From positions 421-64,420 of the forward strand of contig JACQVI010000079.1 of NCBI GenBank assembly GCA_016209795.1: a stretch of 64,000 nucleotides of DNA. Direction: 5' to 3'. Below are positions 61,104 to 64,000 of this stretch, piece after piece. Position numbers and translations under genes: made by a program. Below the pieces are notes generated by a model that was not told the origin of the DNA, did not search any database, and saw only the letters and a list, made by a program, of their open reading frames with translations. The stretch comes from Ignavibacteriota bacterium (GTDB lineage Bacteria > Bacteroidota > Ignavibacteria > UBA10030 > SZUA-254). Position 1 is the first letter of the stretch. Each line of letters opens with the position of its first letter.

Positions 61104-62285
61104 TCACGGCAAGCACATCACACCGAGAGGTGTTAGTCTACGAGCGCCAGTTGCGCCGGTGACGTTTCCCGGATGTCCCGCAACCGTTTCATTTGCCAGC
61201 AGGGCAAAACAGAGTGCTTCCTTTGCATCCGCTGAAAGGTTCTTTTGATCGGTAGTGAGAATTTTCACGCGATGAAAGTATCGCTGAAGTGCACCCATGA
61301 TGTAACGGTTATGGACACCTCCGCCACTCACAATGAGTTCACCGAATGTTGTTTTTTTTCGGATGAACCTCACATACTGTTGGTAGATGCTTAATGCTGT
61401 AAACTCCGATGCTGTTGTGATGATGCCCTCCTTGTTGCTTTTTCCTGCTTTTTGAAGAACGTTCTTAATGAACTCCTCTCCAAACATTTCTCGTCCTGTC
61501 GATTTTGGTGGAGGGATTTTGAAATAAGGATGCTTATACATCCACCTCAAGAGAGACGGAATGATCCTTCCACGTTGAGCAACCATCCCATCTTTATCGT
61601 AAGGCTTATTGAATAGCGCCAGCATGAGTTGATCGATAACCATGTTACCCGGACCAGTATCGAAAGCCACCACATCGTGAAGCGAGCACTGTTTTGGTAG
61701 TATGGTGATATTCGCAATCCCACCAATGTTCAAAACACCGCGGTTCACATGATCGGAGCGAAATGTGAGGTAATCGAACAGCGGTACAAGCGGAGCGCCA
61801 GAGCCGCCAACAGCTATATCCCCCAGACGGAAGTCTCCAATAGTGACTACTCCTGTAAGTTTTGCTATCACGGATGGACTGCCAAGTTGTAACGTAGCTC
61901 TAACGCTTTTGCCAAACATCTTCTTCCACTCTGGAAGATGGTATATTGTCTGACCATGCGATCCAATGAGATCAATCTCACTCATTCGCTTTCCAGCCTT
62001 TCGAGCAACTCGCTGAGCAGCATCGGCGAAGAACATTGCAATGAGGACATTGAGTCGTGTAATATCATCGAGTCGAGCGGTTGTTACATTAGAATTTTTG
62101 AACAACAATTCCTTAAAGCCAGCAGGATAAGGATATGTTTGAAAAGCGAGCTGACGGAAGGATGTGCTCAATCCAGAACCTTTCACTTCAACAAGCAAGG
62201 CATCAATTCCATCTACTGAAGTGCCAGACATCAGTCCAACGATCAACTTTTTCTTTTTTCTGAATAGCTTTTCTACAATTTCCAT
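61104..62285 (-). CDS. anmK: anhydro-N-acetylmuramic acid kinase
   Basis: N-terminal LIVGLMSGTSVDGIDALLVEV typical of AnmK. Confidence 0.85.
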   Translation of the reverse strand: MEIVEKLFRKKKKLIVGLMSGTSVDGIDALLVEVKGSGLSTSFRQLAFQTYPYPAGFKELLFKNSNVTTARLDDITRLNVLIAMFFADAAQRVARKAGKRMSEIDLIGSHGQTIYHLPEWKKMFGKSVRATLQLGSPSVIAKLTGVVTIGDFRLGDIAVGGSGAPLVPLFDYLTFRSDHVNRGVLNIGGIANITILPKQCSLHDVVAFDTGPGNMVIDQLMLALFNKPYDKDGMVAQRGRIIPSLLRWMYKHPYFKIPPPKSTGREMFGEEFIKNVLQKAGKSNKEGIITTASEFTALSIYQQYVRFIRKKTTFGELIVSGGGVHNRYIMGALQRYFHRVKILTTDQKNLSADAKEALCFALLANETVAGHPGNVTGATGARRLTPLGVMCLP

Positions 62286-62325
62286 TCTTTGCTCTTGATT
62301 CCAATCTTTTTATATTCAATGACGC

Positions 62326-63225
62326 ATGAAACACAATCTCAAAACCCATCCCGACAAGGTCGGGACGAACTCCGAACCTCTGATCGGCGCCCATGAGTCC
62401 ATCGCCGGCGGCATCCACAAAGCATTCGAGCGAGCGGAGAGTGTTGGTTGTCGAGTGCTTCAAGTCTTCACCAAGAACTCAAACCAGTGGAGTGCCAAGC
62501 CGCTGACCGACGAAGACATCGCAAACTACAAAACTACTGCATCGAAGTCAAGCATTAAACATGTCATCGCTCATGATAGCTATCTCATCAATTTGTGTGC
62601 AAAAGACAGAAGTATTCTCCGTAAATCTCGTGAGGCTCTCCTTGATGAGCTGAATCGATGCGAAATGCTTGGTATCAAGTATTTGAACTTTCATCCCGGT
62701 TCACACATGGGTGCGGGAGAAAAGGAGGGAATTCGAATGATCGTCGACTCATTGAGCTGGGTGCACCAGCAAGCAAATGGATATCAGGTAAAGAGTGTAC
62801 TTGAAACAACAGCAGGTCAGGGATCTGCTGTTGGACACCGATTTGAGCATCTCAGAGAAATCATCGATGGTGTTGATGAGCCAGAACGAATGGCGGTCTG
62901 TATCGATACGTGCCATATCTTTGCAGCGGGATATGACATCAGAACTGAAGAGGTATATGAACGAACAATGAAGGAGTTTGATGACATCGTTGGTTTAGAG
63001 AGACTTGTTGCATTTCATGTCAACGACTCGAAGAAGCCGTTAGGCTCTCGTGTGGATCGGCATGAGCATATTGGCAATGGAGCCATCGGTGAAATAGGAT
63101 TCAGATGCTTGATGCTTGATACTCGAGTACAGGAGATTCCGAAAATCCTTGAAACACCAAAAGGGAAAGATCTCAAAGAGGACAGAATGAATTTGAGAAT
63201 CCTGGAGAAACTGGCAAAGACGTAG
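62326..63225 (+). CDS. nfo: endonuclease IV (AP endonuclease, Nfo)
   Basis: Collinear with E. coli Nfo (GAHES.AGG, HDSYLINL, NFHPGSH, ETTAGQGS, CIDTCHIFAAGYD, HVNDSK). The true start may lie ~50 nt downstream at a non-ATG codon. Confidence 0.9.
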   Translation: MKHNLKTHPDKVGTNSEPLIGAHESIAGGIHKAFERAESVGCRVLQVFTKNSNQWSAKPLTDEDIANYKTTASKSSIKHVIAHDSYLINLCAKDRSILRKSREALLDELNRCEMLGIKYLNFHPGSHMGAGEKEGIRMIVDSLSWVHQQANGYQVKSVLETTAGQGSAVGHRFEHLREIIDGVDEPERMAVCIDTCHIFAAGYDIRTEEVYERTMKEFDDIVGLERLVAFHVNDSKKPLGSRVDRHEHIGNGAIGEIGFRCLMLDTRVQEIPKILETPKGKDLKEDRMNLRILEKLAKT

Positions 63226-63237
63226 AATCGAAAATCT

Positions 63238-63267
63238 AAAATCAAAAAACCTGTGGTGAGCACGGGC
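63238..63267 (-). terminator. rho-independent terminator downstream of the small zinc-ribbon ORF
   Basis: Minus-strand cccgug-cucac-cacagg hairpin followed by uuuuuugauuuu. Confidence 0.4.
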
Positions 63268-63294
63268 GAACCATCGCAAATCGAAAGCACGAGA

Positions 63295-63450
63295 TCACTC
63301 TCCTGCTCCCGTCTCACACTCACAGATAATCTTGCCGCAAATGGGGCACTTGACGAGGTCTTTTTCCTCCTTACACCGTTCACAGAATTCCTCTTCCGGC
63401 TCGATTTCAACACCACACAGAGCACAATGATTCATGATTGTCTTTTCCAT
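63295..63450 (-). CDS. small zinc-ribbon protein (51 aa, below the ORF-track size cutoff)
   Basis: Hand translation: MEKTIMNHCALCGVEIEPEEEFCERCKEEKDLVKCPICGKIICECETGAGE. Two CxxC pairs plus CxC. A terminator hairpin follows. Confidence 0.4.
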   Translation of the reverse strand: MEKTIMNHCALCGVEIEPEEEFCERCKEEKDLVKCPICGKIICECETGAGE

Positions 63451-63617
63451 AGCTACGTCTGCTTAGTCAGAATTGATCCCTTCGGGAGAAGCATATGTAA
63501 TGTAAGATAGTTAGAGGAAAAAGACAAACGTTGAACCTTTGTAACCTTCGCAAGGGTTACAAATTTGACATCCTCATAATTTGGTTTATATTATATATAG
63601 TAAAGTAAAGGTCTTCC

Positions 63618-64000
63618 ATGCCAGAAACGCAAGTTTTAACCTTAAAAGAGCTTCTTGCCCAACACACCAAAGAAGGTAAGCTCTACCGTGAGCTTCCGGA
63701 CGGAAAGTTAGAATGCTTTGCTTGTGGGCATCGGTGTGTTATCGGTGAAGGTCGGGATGGCATCTGCCGTGTCCGATTCAATCTCGGAGGCAAGCTCTAT
63801 GTGCCCTGGGGATACTTCGGCTCTCTCCAGCTTGATCCTGTTGAAAAGAAACCTTTCTTCCATGCACTACCCGGTAGTCTTGCCATGAGTTTCGGCATGC
63901 TCGGCTGTGATTATCATTGCTCATACTGTCAGAATTGGGTCACATCGCAAGCTCTCCGCGATCCTAATGCCATTACACCGCCTGACCTTCTTACGCCCGA
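63618..64000 (+). CDS. AmmeMemoRadiSam-system radical SAM enzyme (AmrS-like), 5' partial (runs off the window end)
   Basis: Hand translation from ATG 63618: MPETQVLTLKELLAQHTKEG...CFACGHRC (zinc ribbon)...GCDYHCSYCQNW (radical SAM Cx3Cx2C). Confidence 0.7.
   Translation, partial: MPETQVLTLKELLAQHTKEGKLYRELPDGKLECFACGHRCVIGEGRDGICRVRFNLGGKLYVPWGYFGSLQLDPVEKKPFFHALPGSLAMSFGMLGCDYHCSYCQNWVTSQALRDPNAITPPDLLTP

Noticed and set aside
1-64000. CRISPR arrays, tRNA/rRNA genes, transposases or integrases
   Set aside because: No regularly spaced direct repeats, no tRNA-like T-arm/acceptor signatures in intergenic regions and no transposase/integrase-like ORFs were seen on scanning.

Overview
This 64 kb window is a chromosomal stretch of a Gram-negative bacterium, probably from the FCB group (Bacteroidota/Ignavibacteriota-like). 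The evidence is a T9SS C-terminal sorting domain, a DUF2723-type membrane protein, tandem lepB copies after lepA, SPOR and LptE-like proteins and a TonB-dependent receptor. Coding density is high on both strands. No rRNA, tRNA, CRISPR array, transposase or integrase was seen. Recognisable housekeeping genes are ppk1, lepA, two lepB copies, hemW, rpsT, miaB, pta, anmK and nfo. A polysaccharide biosynthesis cluster spans ~20.9-30.8 kb (gmd, rmd-like, GT4, Wzx, CE4 deacetylase, methyltransferases, GT2, GT4). A TPP-riboswitch-controlled thiamine salvage operon reads TonB receptor - thiamine pyrophosphokinase - SSS transporter. A processive GT2 synthase locus carries an acidic tandem-repeat TPR protein, an LptE-like lipoprotein, a sensor-less sigma54 activator and a SPOR protein. 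Two regions merit a second look. The strongest candidate for a new system is a tight four-gene operon at 35.6-46.5 kb. It encodes a vWA membrane protein, an Hsp70/actin-fold ATPase, a bitopic coiled-coil protein and a 1737-aa SEDS (FtsW/RodA)-class B PBP fusion with intact SxxK/SxN/KTG motifs, i.e. an orphan divisome/elongasome-like peptidoglycan synthesis module. The second is a convergent pair at 0.1-3.2 kb: a DUF2652-type class III nucleotidyl cyclase homologue and an HD-phosphohydrolase fused to a 2-TM Pycsar-effector-like domain, bracketed by two SixA-like histidine phosphatases. Additional oddities are a GA-rich palindromic element inserted in-frame into the SSS transporter gene, a cluster of similar hairpins in an intergenic region, a fragmented T9SS 5'-nucleotidase pseudogene and an unexplained ~480 bp intergenic region.
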